Shown in pieces: positions 35,826 to 45,227 of a DNA stretch of 64,000 nucleotides. Position numbers and translations under genes: made by a program. How positions within the stretch are numbered: the first letter of the stretch is position 1; every line of letters begins with the position of its first letter. The DNA is from a virus (lineage: Duplodnaviria; Caudoviricetes). The notes under the pieces were generated by a model that worked only from the letters and a program-made list of their open reading frames with translations, had not been told where the DNA came from and ran no database searches. The DNA lies in IMG/VR virus record IMGVR_UViG_3300046660_000364, positions 2,201 to 66,200 of that record; one strand, written 5' to 3'.

Positions 35826-38800
35826 GCGTTGAAGTGCTCCACAAGTTTGTCGAAGAAGTCGCGGCCCAGCTGCTCGACAACATCAGAAGGCACGATAAAA
35901 TCGCCGCCCTGCAGGCCGACGGGTTGCATGTCGGCCGGCGCGTCCGGTGCACCTTCGGCCGGGGTGTGGAAGTGCGCCACCAGCTCCTCGAGGTAGTCCT
36001 GGCCGATCACCTGCACCACCGCGGCCGGGATCAGGTACTCGCCGCTGGAGACCTGGGCCGGCTGGGCGCCGTCAATCGTGGCCGGGATCGCGTCGGCGGT
36101 CGGGCCGCCCGGACCCTGGATCAGGCCGCCGTCGGCGTAGGCCGGCGCCTCGGGCTGCTGGCGGTTCTGGTTCTGCATGCGCTCGGCGTACTCGGGGATC
36201 GAGTTGACCGAGGCGTCGAGCTTGCCGCGGTTGTCGCCGACGAACTTCATGGCGCGCTGGGCGGCGCTGTGGATCGGCGCCTTGGCCAGCTTGTAGGCGG
36301 GGATCAGGCCGATGGCGTCACCGGCGGCGGCGCCGTACTCGCCCTTGTACAGGTCGTTGGCCACATCCAGCGCCGAGGTCACGGTGCCGGTGCCGGGCAT
36401 CAGGTCGAGCGCCAGCTTGGCCTTCGGGTACTCGTTGGCCAGCTGGTCGTAGCCGCGCGACAGGCGGCCGGGCAGCGCAGCGGCCTGCTGGAGGCCGTTG
36501 TTCACCATGCTGGTGGCGCCGTTCCAGGTCTGCTGCAGCGGGTTGACCGGGTTGGCCGGGTCGACCAGGCCGCCGTTGGCGTAGCTGTCATCCGGGTACG
36601 GCAGGCGCGGGTAGCCGGCCAGCCCCATGTTGGTCTCGTCGGTCAGGCCGTTCAGGGTGCGCGAGACCGGGTCCGGCGCTTTCAGGCCCATCTCGGCGCC
36701 GTACAGGCGGCGGTTGTCCTGCATGATGCGCAGGTGGTCGGCCAGGTCGATGCGCTGGTCCATGTCGAGCGGGCCGTAGGCGCCCATGCTCGGGATCAGG
36801 CCGCCGTTGCGGTAGGCGGCCTGGCCGATCAGGCTGGCGCCGGCGCTGTCCGGGCGGGTGGTCTGGATGCCGGCGCGCTCGCCAGTTCCCGCGGTAGCGG
36901 GAATCGGCGGCAGCGGATTCAGGGTGGTCGATGCGCCCTGTCCCGGCATGAAGGCGACCCCGGTGCGGCGGTTTTTCACGGCCTCGATCCCCAGGCCGGC
37001 GCTTGGCGCGCCCGGCATCGGGAAATTCGGGTCGATCCCGGAGGGGGTGGGCGGGCGGTAGCCGGCGGCCTTCATCAGCTCGTCGGCGATCGGGGCCACG
37101 CCCGGCACGGCGGCGATGACCTCGGCGGTCTGCATGGCCGAGAACTGCGCCTCGGACCCCTTCTTGACCGCATCGGCCGCGGTGACGCGGTCCTTGACGG
37201 CGTAGCTGGCCACCTCGGCGTCGATCTTGCGGATCTGCGCGGCGATCAGGGCCGGGTCGGCCTTCTGCGCCAGCTGCTGCTGCAGCTGCTGGACCTGGTC
37301 CTGCAGGCGCTTGACCATCGGGTCGCTGCCGTCGAAGTTGAAGAAGCGGGCGCCGTCCTTGTAACCGAGCTTGCCGAACAGCTCCTTGACGATCTCCTCG
37401 ACGTTCAGGCCCAGGTTCACGAGGCCATCGTTGGCCAGCATGTTGCCGAGTGCCGTCATGCCGTCGACGAACTGGCGCACCTGGTCGGCCGGGTTGACGG
37501 CGCCCATGCCGACGTTCACGTTGAGCGTGAACTCGTTCATCAGCTGCTCGTCGGTGATCTGGTCCATCCCGAAGCGCTGCAGGTCGGCGGTCTTGCCGCA
37601 CAGCGCGATCAGGGCGTCGTCGGTCTCGTAATACTGCTCCAGCAGCACCAGCTGGCGCAGCACCGGCTCGACCCAGGTCTCGACGAAAGTGCGCAGCTGG
37701 TAGCCGCTCACCTGGTTGGCGCCGGCGTCCAGCATCTGCATGCCGCCGACCGTCTCGTTCAGCTTGCGGTTCGATTGCACCGAGGACCCGGAGAAGGTGC
37801 CGGCGACATCATCGAAGTCCAGGTTCAGGACCTCCTGCTCTTTATAGGAGGAGCCGGTGACGTCGTTGAATTCCACCACTTTCACATCGTCGATGTCCTG
37901 CACCAGGGTGACGGAGCCGGGCACGTTCCTCGTCACGCTGCGCAGGTCGACCTGCTTGTTGCGGCGCGCGAAGTATCGCTTGTTCATGGCCAGCTTGACG
38001 TTGTCGATGCGCTGGTTGGCGACCTCGTTGATCTCGGCCTGGACGTCGCGCGTCAGGCGCGGCACCGAAGACGGATACAGCTTGTGGGTCTCCAGCACGG
38101 CGGTGCCGACCACATACGGGCGGCGGCCGTGGAAGTAGACCTCGGTGAGCGGCACCGGGTCCGACAGCAGGTGCTCGCAGCCGAGGGTGTAGTAGCAGTA
38201 GTCGACCTCGTCGACCTCGACGATGTTCTTGTGGACCCAGACGATATTGAAGTTGCCGTTGGCCTGGGTCTGGTATTTGCTGTCGGTGCGCGGCGACTCG
38301 CGCTGCAGGCGGATGGTGTCGCCGTAGGTCTTGGTGGCGCCCTGGATCGTGGACTCGGGCAGGGTTTTCCACTTGGCCTCGCCGGTCTTGGCGTCGACGT
38401 TGCGCATGCGCGCCTTGACGTCCTTCACGTACATCGGGATCAGTTCGATCACGTAGGGGCTGGTGCCGACCGGGTCGGTCCAGTCCGCGCCCGGGTCGAA
38501 GCGCAGGTTCTCGATCGGCACCAGGCGGATCTGCGGGCGGTCGATGTTCTTCTTCTCGTTGTACTGCCAGTATTGGTACGACGCCACCACGCCCACGGTC
38601 TGGGCGTCCTGGTAGGCGCCGACCAGGGTCAGGAACCAGGGGATCGACTTGGTGAGCCGGTGCTGCAGCAGCGCGCCCATGACGGCGGCCGACCCCAGCT
38701 GCGTGGGGTCGTCCTCGTCCTGCGCCGTCACCTTGAGGACGTCGTTGCTGGCAAAGAAGGCCTGGGCCGCGGCGGCCTCGTTCTTGCGGATCGTGGTGCG

Positions 38801-39019
38801 GGTCTTGGGCCGGAACAGTTTACTTCTGCCCTTGTTGGCCTCGGCCAGGTACTTCGAGCCGGCCGGGTGCTGGCCCTGGAACTGGCGCAAATCTCCCTCG
38901 ATCTGGGCGCGCACCGAGCTGTCGAACCAGTTCGAGGAGGCGCTGAAGGCGTCCCGCGCGAGGGCCACCCAGTCGGGCGTGTCTTGCGCCGGCGCGGCGG
39001 TGTTGTTCTGGTCGTCCAT
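35822..39019 (-). CDS. Portal protein (P22-like) with ~400-aa C-terminal extension
   Basis: SKLFRPKTR, RFDP.A, QAEINE..NQRIDNV, ETVGGM, ETWVEPV portal motifs; lies between terminase and scaffold. Confidence 0.85.
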   Translation of the reverse strand: MDDQNNTAAPAQDTPDWVALARDAFSASSNWFDSSVRAQIEGDLRQFQGQHPAGSKYLAEANKGRSKLFRPKTRTTIRKNEAAAAQAFFASNDVLKVTAQDEDDPTQLGSAAVMGALLQHRLTKSIPWFLTLVGAYQDAQTVGVVASYQYWQYNEKKNIDRPQIRLVPIENLRFDPGADWTDPVGTSPYVIELIPMYVKDVKARMRNVDAKTGEAKWKTLPESTIQGATKTYGDTIRLQRESPRTDSKYQTQANGNFNIVWVHKNIVEVDEVDYCYYTLGCEHLLSDPVPLTEVYFHGRRPYVVGTAVLETHKLYPSSVPRLTRDVQAEINEVANQRIDNVKLAMNKRYFARRNKQVDLRSVTRNVPGSVTLVQDIDDVKVVEFNDVTGSSYKEQEVLNLDFDDVAGTFSGSSVQSNRKLNETVGGMQMLDAGANQVSGYQLRTFVETWVEPVLRQLVLLEQYYETDDALIALCGKTADLQRFGMDQITDEQLMNEFTLNVNVGMGAVNPADQVRQFVDGMTALGNMLANDGLVNLGLNVEEIVKELFGKLGYKDGARFFNFDGSDPMVKRLQDQVQQLQQQLAQKADPALIAAQIRKIDAEVASYAVKDRVTAADAVKKGSEAQFSAMQTAEVIAAVPGVAPIADELMKAAGYRPPTPSGIDPNFPMPGAPSAGLGIEAVKNRRTGVAFMPGQGASTTLNPLPPIPATAGTGERAGIQTTRPDSAGASLIGQAAYRNGGLIPSMGAYGPLDMDQRIDLADHLRIMQDNRRLYGAEMGLKAPDPVSRTLNGLTDETNMGLAGYPRLPYPDDSYANGGLVDPANPVNPLQQTWNGATSMVNNGLQQAAALPGRLSRGYDQLANEYPKAKLALDLMPGTGTVTSALDVANDLYKGEYGAAAGDAIGLIPAYKLAKAPIHSAAQRAMKFVGDNRGKLDASVNSIPEYAERMQNQNRQQPEAPAYADGGLIQGPGGPTADAIPATIDGAQPAQVSSGEYLIPAAVVQVIGQDYLEELVAHFHTPAEGAPDAPADMQPVGLQGGDFIVPSDVVEQLGRDFFDKLVEHFNA

Positions 39020-39037
39020 GTGCGGGCCTCGGGGTGG

Positions 39038-39394
39038 TTAGCGGTCGAACACGAAGTCGCCGATGGAATTGGTGCGCAGCTGCAGGTACTTGTTCTCGTC
39101 GAAGCGGCCGCGGTTGGCGCCGAAGCGCTCCAGGATCTCGCCGCCGGCCTTGATGACGTCGCGCTTGAAGTCGCTGGCCGAGTAGATGTTCACCAGTTTC
39201 AGCACATAGCCCATCTGGCCGTGCAGCATCAGGTTCTGGATGTTGGCCACGCCGTTCCTGCCGTCGACGTTCACCGCCCAGGCCCAGCCCGCGTAGTGGT
39301 TGGTCAGGGTGCTGGCGATCTCCTTGGCCAGGACCATGTCGTGCGCGCAGGTCTCTACGGCGCTGTCATCCAGGCCGACAAGGATTTTGCTCAT
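39038..39394 (-). CDS. Hypothetical protein upstream of portal
   Basis: AGGA RBS; L..HYAGWAWAV..VIKAGGEILERF pattern. Confidence 0.7.
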   Translation of the reverse strand: MSKILVGLDDSAVETCAHDMVLAKEIASTLTNHYAGWAWAVNVDGRNGVANIQNLMLHGQMGYVLKLVNIYSASDFKRDVIKAGGEILERFGANRGRFDENKYLQLRTNSIGDFVFDR

Positions 39395-39472
39395 GGGTGT
39401 CCTAAATGGTCGGCCGCGGGGGTAACTGCCCTTTCCATTCAGGCAGTTACCTGTTCGCGGCGTGAAAATTTG

Positions 39473-39631
39473 CTAGTCCGGGTAGAAGTCCGGCTCGGTT
39501 TCGGTCTGCACCAGGCGGTTCTTTTCGACGTCGGACAGCCAGAGGTACTGGTCGAACGAGTAGTAGGCGCGCACCGATTCGGGCAGCGCCTGGTACTCGC
39601 GGTAGACCAGGTTGTCGCGTTCGATCTGCAT
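39473..39631 (-). CDS. Small hypothetical protein (52 aa)
   Basis: GAGG RBS; MQIERDNLVYREYQALPES..YLWLSD..ETEPDFYPD. Confidence 0.6.
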   Translation of the reverse strand: MQIERDNLVYREYQALPESVRAYYSFDQYLWLSDVEKNRLVQTETEPDFYPD

Positions 39632-39639
39632 GGGCGGCC

Positions 39640-42054
39640 TCAGACGCTGCGCGGCAGGATGGCGAACTGGGGCGCCAGGCCGTAGTTCGGTTTCGTTGGG
39701 CGCGCCATGAACTTGGCCCAGGCGGTGGCGCCGCCCGGATAGCCGCTGTCGACCGCAAACGCCAGGCCCGGCTGGTAGTTGGCCGGGTAGCCGTCGGTGG
39801 AGGCGGGATAGCCGTCGATGTCGCCCGGCAGGCAGTTGGGGGAAAAGGCCAGGCGCTGCGGCGAGTTGCAGGGGTATTGCTGCTGGGCCGGGGCGACCGT
39901 GAACGCGAAGCACTCGGCCAGGGTGCCGAAGAACGGCGCGGTACTGGTGGTGCGCACGCCGAGCGCGTAGGTGCAGGCGTTCAGGTTGCAGACCGCCGGG
40001 TCGTTCATGCGGCCGACCTGGAACTTGGCCTTCCACGCAAGCAGGCGGCGCGCATCCGAATTCCCCAGCAGATCGACGCCGTGGCCGATGGCCTGGGTGA
40101 AGAAGTCGTCCATCCACGGCGCGATGCCGTTGCCGGTGCCGCCGTTGACCGGGTAGGCGATCGCGTAGCCGTTGGTGATGACGCCCAGCGCGTTGTCGTT
40201 GCCGTCGACGTAGCGGGCGACGAACCAGCTGATGTTGTTGGTGTACCAGGTCTGGAAATGCGACTTGAGCGGGTGGCCCTCGGGGGTGATGGCGGCGCAC
40301 TCGGCCAGCGTGCGCATGCTCCAGCCCTGGCCGCGCACCTGGTCGGCGCGCACATGCGCCTTCTCGAAGTCGCGGTAGTAGGGGTTGTCCTGGTAATGAT
40401 TGAAGGTGCACCAGAAGTGCAGGCCTTCCAGGTAGAAGAAATCGCCGGTGAGCAGGTACGGCAGGTAGTACAGGTCCGGCTGGTGCGAGCTGTCCGGGCC
40501 GCCCTGGGTCACGGTGGTCAGGTTCGGCAGCTTCTCGTTCTTGCCGGTGGCCGGGTTGATGCAGTCGCCGGGGTTGCCCAGCAGCGAGGAGTACGGGAAG
40601 TTGATGACCGACAGCGGGTAGCCGCGGCCCGGACCGGCGCTGTCGTCGCGCCGGCACATCGGCCAGCTGCCGCCGATGTCGGCGCTGGCCAGCATGATCG
40701 CCTTGGCCCGCTTGTCCATCGACAGCACGGTAGTGGCATGGATGTCCGGCATGATGCCGATGTCGGGGCGCCCGCCGGTGGTGCCCATGGCCGGCTGCAG
40801 GTTGCCGAAGCCCATCGGGTCGAAGCGGGTGCTGGCCATGGTCGTGACGTAGCCGTTCAGCACCGATTCCGGGATGACCACGCTCTGGTCGTAGTTCGGG
40901 ATCTGGCGGCTGCCGATCAGGTAGGCGGTGTCGTGGCGGATATGCAGGGTCGGCGCGCCGCCGGTCCAGAAGGTGCGCTTCCAGCGCGCGGTCGGGGTGT
41001 GGATCAGGCCGGTCTTGCTGTAGACCGTGGCGCCGGCGGCGTTCAGGGTGACGTCGTAGACGATGTCGGTGGTCGAGGTGTAGGCCTGGCAGTGCTCGAT
41101 CACGGCGTCGATGCGGGCCTGGCCGGTGCTGAACGCGCGCACCGAGAACTGCGCTGTCAATGTCGGGTGCCGGCCGCTCGGCCCGACGAAGGGCACGTTG
41201 AAGATGAAGTCGGAGGCCACCGGGCCGGCGAACCAGGTGTCGGGGACGACGCCGGCGCAGCTGGCGGTGTAGGTCACGCCGCTGATGACCACGCTGGCCG
41301 AGGGCAGCGATGCCGGCAGGCCGACGGCGGTCGCGCTGCCGGCGGCACTGGCGCGCTTGATCGACAGGGTCTGCGAGGCACTGGCGGCCAGGGTCGGCAG
41401 CACGCCGCAGATCATGGCGTGGCGCACCGAGCCGTCCGGGTGCAGGGCCTTGACGTTCAGCTGGGCGGCGATGCTGCTGCTGTCCGGCAGGGTCAATGTG
41501 ATCCCGGCGCCGGTCGACGGCAGGTGGCCGAGCGCGAACACGTGGCCGAGCGCGAACGGCGCATTGGCGACCGGAGTGGCCGCGGTGTTCTCGATCTTGA
41601 AGGTGGTGATCTGCGCGCCGATGGCGATCGGGGTGCCGGTGGCGGGCGGGTCGCCGGCGGCGCCGGTGGCGGCGAAGCCGATGCTGCGCTGGCCCTGGCG
41701 GCTGGCGACGGTGGCGAGCGTGGCCGGCAGGGCGCCGTTGACCGGCACGATCGCGCGGCTGACCTGGGCCTGGCTGGCGCTGGCCGTGGCGTCGGTATGG
41801 ATGCTCTGGTTCGAGAGCGCGGCTGCGGCGGCGAGGCGCTGGGCCTGGCGGGTGCCGGCGGTGACGTCCAGCAGCATCGGGATGTCGATGCGCGGGGCGT
41901 ACAGGGTCGTGTTGACGTCGCTGGTGAGCGTGCGGCCGCCGAAGCTGTAGCTCAATACCGGCGGGGCATTGAAATTCGCGCTCGGGTCAGCCATCCCGAC
42001 CTCTTCCGACCACAGGCGGTCGGAGAAGCGCGGGATGGTGCGGTCATCACTCAT
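39640..42054 (-). CDS. Putative carbohydrate-active (PcRGLX/YetA-like lyase fold) virion accessory protein
   Basis: PFALGHVFALG..Q...KALHPDGSVRHA N-terminal barrel motif; GGRPDIG, HQPDLYYLPYLLTGD.FYLE, QVRGQGW helical domain. Confidence 0.6.
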   Translation of the reverse strand: MSDDRTIPRFSDRLWSEEVGMADPSANFNAPPVLSYSFGGRTLTSDVNTTLYAPRIDIPMLLDVTAGTRQAQRLAAAAALSNQSIHTDATASASQAQVSRAIVPVNGALPATLATVASRQGQRSIGFAATGAAGDPPATGTPIAIGAQITTFKIENTAATPVANAPFALGHVFALGHLPSTGAGITLTLPDSSSIAAQLNVKALHPDGSVRHAMICGVLPTLAASASQTLSIKRASAAGSATAVGLPASLPSASVVISGVTYTASCAGVVPDTWFAGPVASDFIFNVPFVGPSGRHPTLTAQFSVRAFSTGQARIDAVIEHCQAYTSTTDIVYDVTLNAAGATVYSKTGLIHTPTARWKRTFWTGGAPTLHIRHDTAYLIGSRQIPNYDQSVVIPESVLNGYVTTMASTRFDPMGFGNLQPAMGTTGGRPDIGIMPDIHATTVLSMDKRAKAIMLASADIGGSWPMCRRDDSAGPGRGYPLSVINFPYSSLLGNPGDCINPATGKNEKLPNLTTVTQGGPDSSHQPDLYYLPYLLTGDFFYLEGLHFWCTFNHYQDNPYYRDFEKAHVRADQVRGQGWSMRTLAECAAITPEGHPLKSHFQTWYTNNISWFVARYVDGNDNALGVITNGYAIAYPVNGGTGNGIAPWMDDFFTQAIGHGVDLLGNSDARRLLAWKAKFQVGRMNDPAVCNLNACTYALGVRTTSTAPFFGTLAECFAFTVAPAQQQYPCNSPQRLAFSPNCLPGDIDGYPASTDGYPANYQPGLAFAVDSGYPGGATAWAKFMARPTKPNYGLAPQFAILPRSV

Positions 42055-42175
42055 CGGATTCCTCGGGAATGGGCAGCGGTTGCGGGTGCAGCGAAGTCGG
42101 CGGCATCTTGTCGAGCCAGGCCACGAAGTCGGGGGACGGCAGGAACGGCGCGGGCGGGAACGCGCCGCTCGCCAT
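42047..42175 (-). CDS. Possible 42-aa peptide
   Basis: TGATG coupling; MASGAFPPAPFLPSPDFVAWLDKM..EESDE with internal GAGGA RBS for the next gene. Confidence 0.4.
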   Translation of the reverse strand: MASGAFPPAPFLPSPDFVAWLDKMPPTSLHPQPLPIPEESDE

Positions 42176-42468
42176 CACACACCCCGGCCCTTGTGCTTGG
42201 CGTGGCTTGGCACCTGGTTCTCGACGTTGTGGGTGTCGGTACGCACCACGCCGCGGCCGGTCGGCACACTCGGCACGTGGCGGCTGGTCGGCGCCACCGG
42301 CGGGCGCGCCATCGGCGACGGCATCGGCGGGGGCGTCGTGGCCATGGCGGCACGCGGGGCCGGCACGGCAGGCGGCCGGGCAGCCTGCGGCGGGACTGGC
42401 GGTGCTGGCGGCGCCTTCATCGACGGCACCTGTTCCGGCTTCGCGACAGGCTGGACAAACTTCTTCAT
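42175..42468 (-). CDS. Pro-rich small protein
   Basis: GAGG RBS; MKKFVQPVAKPEQ. Confidence 0.55.
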   Translation of the reverse strand: MKKFVQPVAKPEQVPSMKAPPAPPVPPQAARPPAVPAPRAAMATTPPPMPSPMARPPVAPTSRHVPSVPTGRGVVRTDTHNVENQVPSHAKHKGRGV

Positions 42469-42521
42469 GGGGAACCTCGTGGGTCTTGACAGGTGGTAAC
42501 ACCAGACGACAAACTGGCGTG

Positions 42522-42893
42522 ATGGATAACCAAAAAGAAACAGAACAGCACAGCCCGCAGGCGGACACGGAGCTTGTGACCATGCAGGCCATGGCCGAGT
42601 GCATGGACATGGTCCGGCAGGAGCTGGTCGAGGCCGGAATCATCGACGAGAGGGTGCCGCCGATGTTCGTGGCCGAGGCAGTACGGAGCCGTGTGGGCAC
42701 GTTGCTGAGCGATATGCGCTCGGCGCTGGTCGAGCTGACCGCGGTGCAGCGCAAGCTGATCGACGCCAACGCCGAGATCGCGGCGCTGCTGCTGGCCCGA
42801 GACGCGGCGCGGAATTTCTGCGGCCGTTGCGGCAAGCGGCTCACCACTGACCTGGTTCACACCTGCACGCCACCAGCGGAGGCACCGGCATGA
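42522..42893 (+). CDS. Hypothetical protein with C-terminal CxRCGK..VHTCTP zinc finger
   Basis: C-terminal part of track ORF 42069..42893; ATGA-coupled to the next gene. Confidence 0.65.
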   Translation: MDNQKETEQHSPQADTELVTMQAMAECMDMVRQELVEAGIIDERVPPMFVAEAVRSRVGTLLSDMRSALVELTAVQRKLIDANAEIAALLLARDAARNFCGRCGKRLTTDLVHTCTPPAEAPA

Positions 42894-43558
42894 CCCAAGA
42901 CGCAGAAATCCTCGCCCTGCATCGCCAGCTCGCCTACCAGAAGCTGCGCGCCGACCTGGCCGAGGCCCGCGCCACGTCGAAGTCGCAGGAGTGCATCGAG
43001 CTGCGCGAGCGGATGGCCAATTCCCCCGAATTCGAGGGAACTAGCCCATTGCAGGAGGCGGTCAACCGGCTTGACGACATCCTGCAGGGCGACGACGGCC
43101 AGGCGTACAAGGAAGCCCGCAAGGCGCTGCCGAGGCTGCGCGCGGCACTGGAGCGTGAATCCGTGACCGTCACGGGAAATGGTCCGTGGCACGCCGAGGA
43201 AATCGCGCAACGGCTGCCCCCGCCCCGCGCCACGGTCGCTGCGGTGACGGCCGAACTACTGGCCGCCGGCAACGCGGTGGTCGAGCACTGGCACTCGCGC
43301 GACTGGAAAAAGCCGCCTACTGCGGATGTTATCGCTCGGCTGACGAGGGCGGTAGGCCGGGTCAAACGAGGCCGTGAGCTGTACACCTGCGTCGGCAAGG
43401 GCGGCGAATACGAACTGGTTGGCGAGGCAAAGGGCGCCGGGACGTTGAAGACTTATTCGGGCTTGATCGTCTACCAGGACAGCATGACCGGGCAGATGTA
43501 CTGCCGTTCGATGACGGACTTCGACAATCGCATGCTGCGGATCGGACACCAGCCATGA
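42890..43558 (+). CDS. Hypothetical mosaic phage protein
   Basis: 222 aa; C-terminal KGGEYELVG..IVYQD...G.MYCR...DF (DUF1653-like). Confidence 0.65.
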   Translation: MTQDAEILALHRQLAYQKLRADLAEARATSKSQECIELRERMANSPEFEGTSPLQEAVNRLDDILQGDDGQAYKEARKALPRLRAALERESVTVTGNGPWHAEEIAQRLPPPRATVAAVTAELLAAGNAVVEHWHSRDWKKPPTADVIARLTRAVGRVKRGRELYTCVGKGGEYELVGEAKGAGTLKTYSGLIVYQDSMTGQMYCRSMTDFDNRMLRIGHQP

Positions 43559-44019
43559 AGGTACTGATATTCGACATCGACGGCGTCATCAACAGCGAGC
43601 GGACCTGCGCCGCCTTCGACGGCTACCCGCACGATTTCAGCCCGGTCGACATGGCCCGCTTCGATCCGGTGGCGCTGGCCCTGGTGAGGAAGCTGTGCGC
43701 GAAGACCGATTGCGTGATCGTGCTGTCCTCGACCTGGCGCCTGACCTTCACGATCGAGGAAGTGGCGCACTACTTGGACCTGCCGGTGATGGCGGCCACG
43801 CCGGACCTGGGCGACACCAACTCGCGCAGCGACGAGATCGCGCTGTGGCTCAGGCGGCATCCGCAGATCACGACCTACGCCATTGTCGACGACCTGGCGT
43901 TGGACTTCGACGACCCCGAGCAGCAAGCCCGCTTCGTCAAGACCAACGAGGAGTTCGGCCTGTCGCTGCCCAACTACCGCGCCCTGCTGCGCATCCTGAA
44001 CCCTGGAGTAGCACCATGA
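43555..44019 (+). CDS. HAD-family protein (HAD_SAK_2, RNA-repair-associated type)
   Basis: IFDIDGVIN, IVLSSTWR, R.DEI..WL, YAIVDD motifs. Confidence 0.8.
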   Translation: MKVLIFDIDGVINSERTCAAFDGYPHDFSPVDMARFDPVALALVRKLCAKTDCVIVLSSTWRLTFTIEEVAHYLDLPVMAATPDLGDTNSRSDEIALWLRRHPQITTYAIVDDLALDFDDPEQQARFVKTNEEFGLSLPNYRALLRILNPGVAP

Positions 44020-44228
44020 CCAGTCGCAACCAACGAGAGGGCCGCTACGCCGGCCAGGTCCTCACCTTCCACATGCGCAGCAGGATTGCCCGCCGCGTCT
44101 CGACGTGGAACGCCGAGCAGGCGCTGATCGACCACAGCGACCGGCAAGTGCAGCGCCTGCGCAATCGCAGGGTCCGCATCGAGGCGGCCACGCTTGCCGT
44201 GCTGCCGAACGACCGCAGCCAGGGATGA
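44016..44228 (+). CDS. SRNQREGRY-leader small protein 1 (70 aa)
   Basis: GGAG RBS, ATGA coupling; MTSRNQREGRYAGQVLTF. Confidence 0.7.
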   Translation: MTSRNQREGRYAGQVLTFHMRSRIARRVSTWNAEQALIDHSDRQVQRLRNRRVRIEAATLAVLPNDRSQG

Positions 44229-44362
44229 CTAACCCGACCGCCCGCGCGATTGCCAGCGTGGCCTGCTGCGCAGCCTGCTGCGCCATCGCCTTCGCCGAAC
44301 CTGTCTATGGTGTGCTGTGCATCATCGGCATGATCGGCGGCCTTTACACTATCTGGAGCTAG
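44225..44362 (+). CDS. Small membrane protein (45 aa)
   Basis: MTNPTARAIASVACCAACCAIAFAEPVYGVLCIIGMIGGLYTIWS. Confidence 0.55.
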   Translation: MTNPTARAIASVACCAACCAIAFAEPVYGVLCIIGMIGGLYTIWS

Positions 44363-44365
44363 ACC

Positions 44366-44581
44366 ATGACCGACACCAACGACAAGATCGAATTCGACCA
44401 GGACGAGGTCGCCAAGCTGGAACCGTGGAGAGCGGCCGACCACCTGTCCACCGACGAGGACATCGCCGGCTATCTGGTGGCCGTCCTGGACGAGCCGGAC
44501 GCCGACCCGGAAAAAGAGGTGGAGGTGCTGTGCAGCGCGATCCGCGACGTCATCACCGCACTCAGGAAGCGCGCCGCGTGA
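44366..44581 (+). CDS. HI1420-family antitoxin-like N-terminal fragment, no HTH
   Basis: PWRAADHLSTDEDIAGYLVAVLDE..AIRDVITA resembles the addiction-module antidote N-terminus. Confidence 0.55.
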   Translation: MTDTNDKIEFDQDEVAKLEPWRAADHLSTDEDIAGYLVAVLDEPDADPEKEVEVLCSAIRDVITALRKRAA

Positions 44582-44814
44582 AGCCGGACGAACGCCAGCT
44601 CCATGAGGGCGATGTCGTCCAGCTCTCGCCCGACGTCGGCAATCCCATGTTCGCCTGCTGCATGATGACCGTGACCGAGCCGAAGTCGTTCGGGGCGCAG
44701 GGCTATGTCCAGATGACCGGCGAGGACGGCAAGCCCGGTGGCGCGGCGTTCTACCGTGCCAAGTGGGAGGAAATGGAGTACGTCGGCCAGGCCGCATGGG
44801 TGATCAACCGATGA
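44578..44814 (+). CDS. Hypothetical phage protein
   Basis: GDVVQL..VTEPKSFGAQGYV..EYVG.A.W. Confidence 0.65.
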   Translation: MKPDERQLHEGDVVQLSPDVGNPMFACCMMTVTEPKSFGAQGYVQMTGEDGKPGGAAFYRAKWEEMEYVGQAAWVINR

Positions 44815-44999
44815 TGTACTACAGCGCCCTGCCACGCCGCTTCTGCACCCCCGAGCAGCCGATGCAGCACGAGTTCAGGGACCACTACCAGTGGAGCCAT
44901 CCCGATGCTGCCGAGGTCATGCCGTTCTTCAACCTGGTGGTCTACACCTGCCCGCACTGCAAGCACACGTTCCACGCCGAACCGAGGAAGCCCGAATGA
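44811..44999 (+). CDS. Small Zn-ribbon protein
   Basis: CT...M..W.HPDA..YTCPHCKH. Confidence 0.6.
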   Translation: MMYYSALPRRFCTPEQPMQHEFRDHYQWSHPDAAEVMPFFNLVVYTCPHCKHTFHAEPRKPE

Positions 45000-45226
45000 G
45001 TACCTGGAACTACCGCGTGGCACGCACCACGCAGACCGTGAACGGCGAGGAGTATGTGTCCTTCGCCATCCACGAAGCGCACTACGACAAGCCGGAATCG
45101 GCTCCGCGCGTGATCTCGCGGGACGCGATGACCACCAGCTTCGAGAGTGTCGAGGAGCTGCGCGCCGGACTGACCCGGATGCTGGCCAGCCTGGACAAGC
45201 CGGTGCTGAACTACGAGGACTTCTGA
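44996..45226 (+). CDS. Hypothetical phage protein
   Basis: WNYRV..AIHEAHYD..ESVEEL..M...LDKPVL. Confidence 0.7.
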   Translation: MSTWNYRVARTTQTVNGEEYVSFAIHEAHYDKPESAPRVISRDAMTTSFESVEELRAGLTRMLASLDKPVLNYEDF

Positions 45227-45227
45227 C

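Noticed and set aside
35834-42489. Plus-strand ORFs 35834..39685 and 39877..42489
   Set aside because: Antisense shadows of the portal and lyase-like genes.
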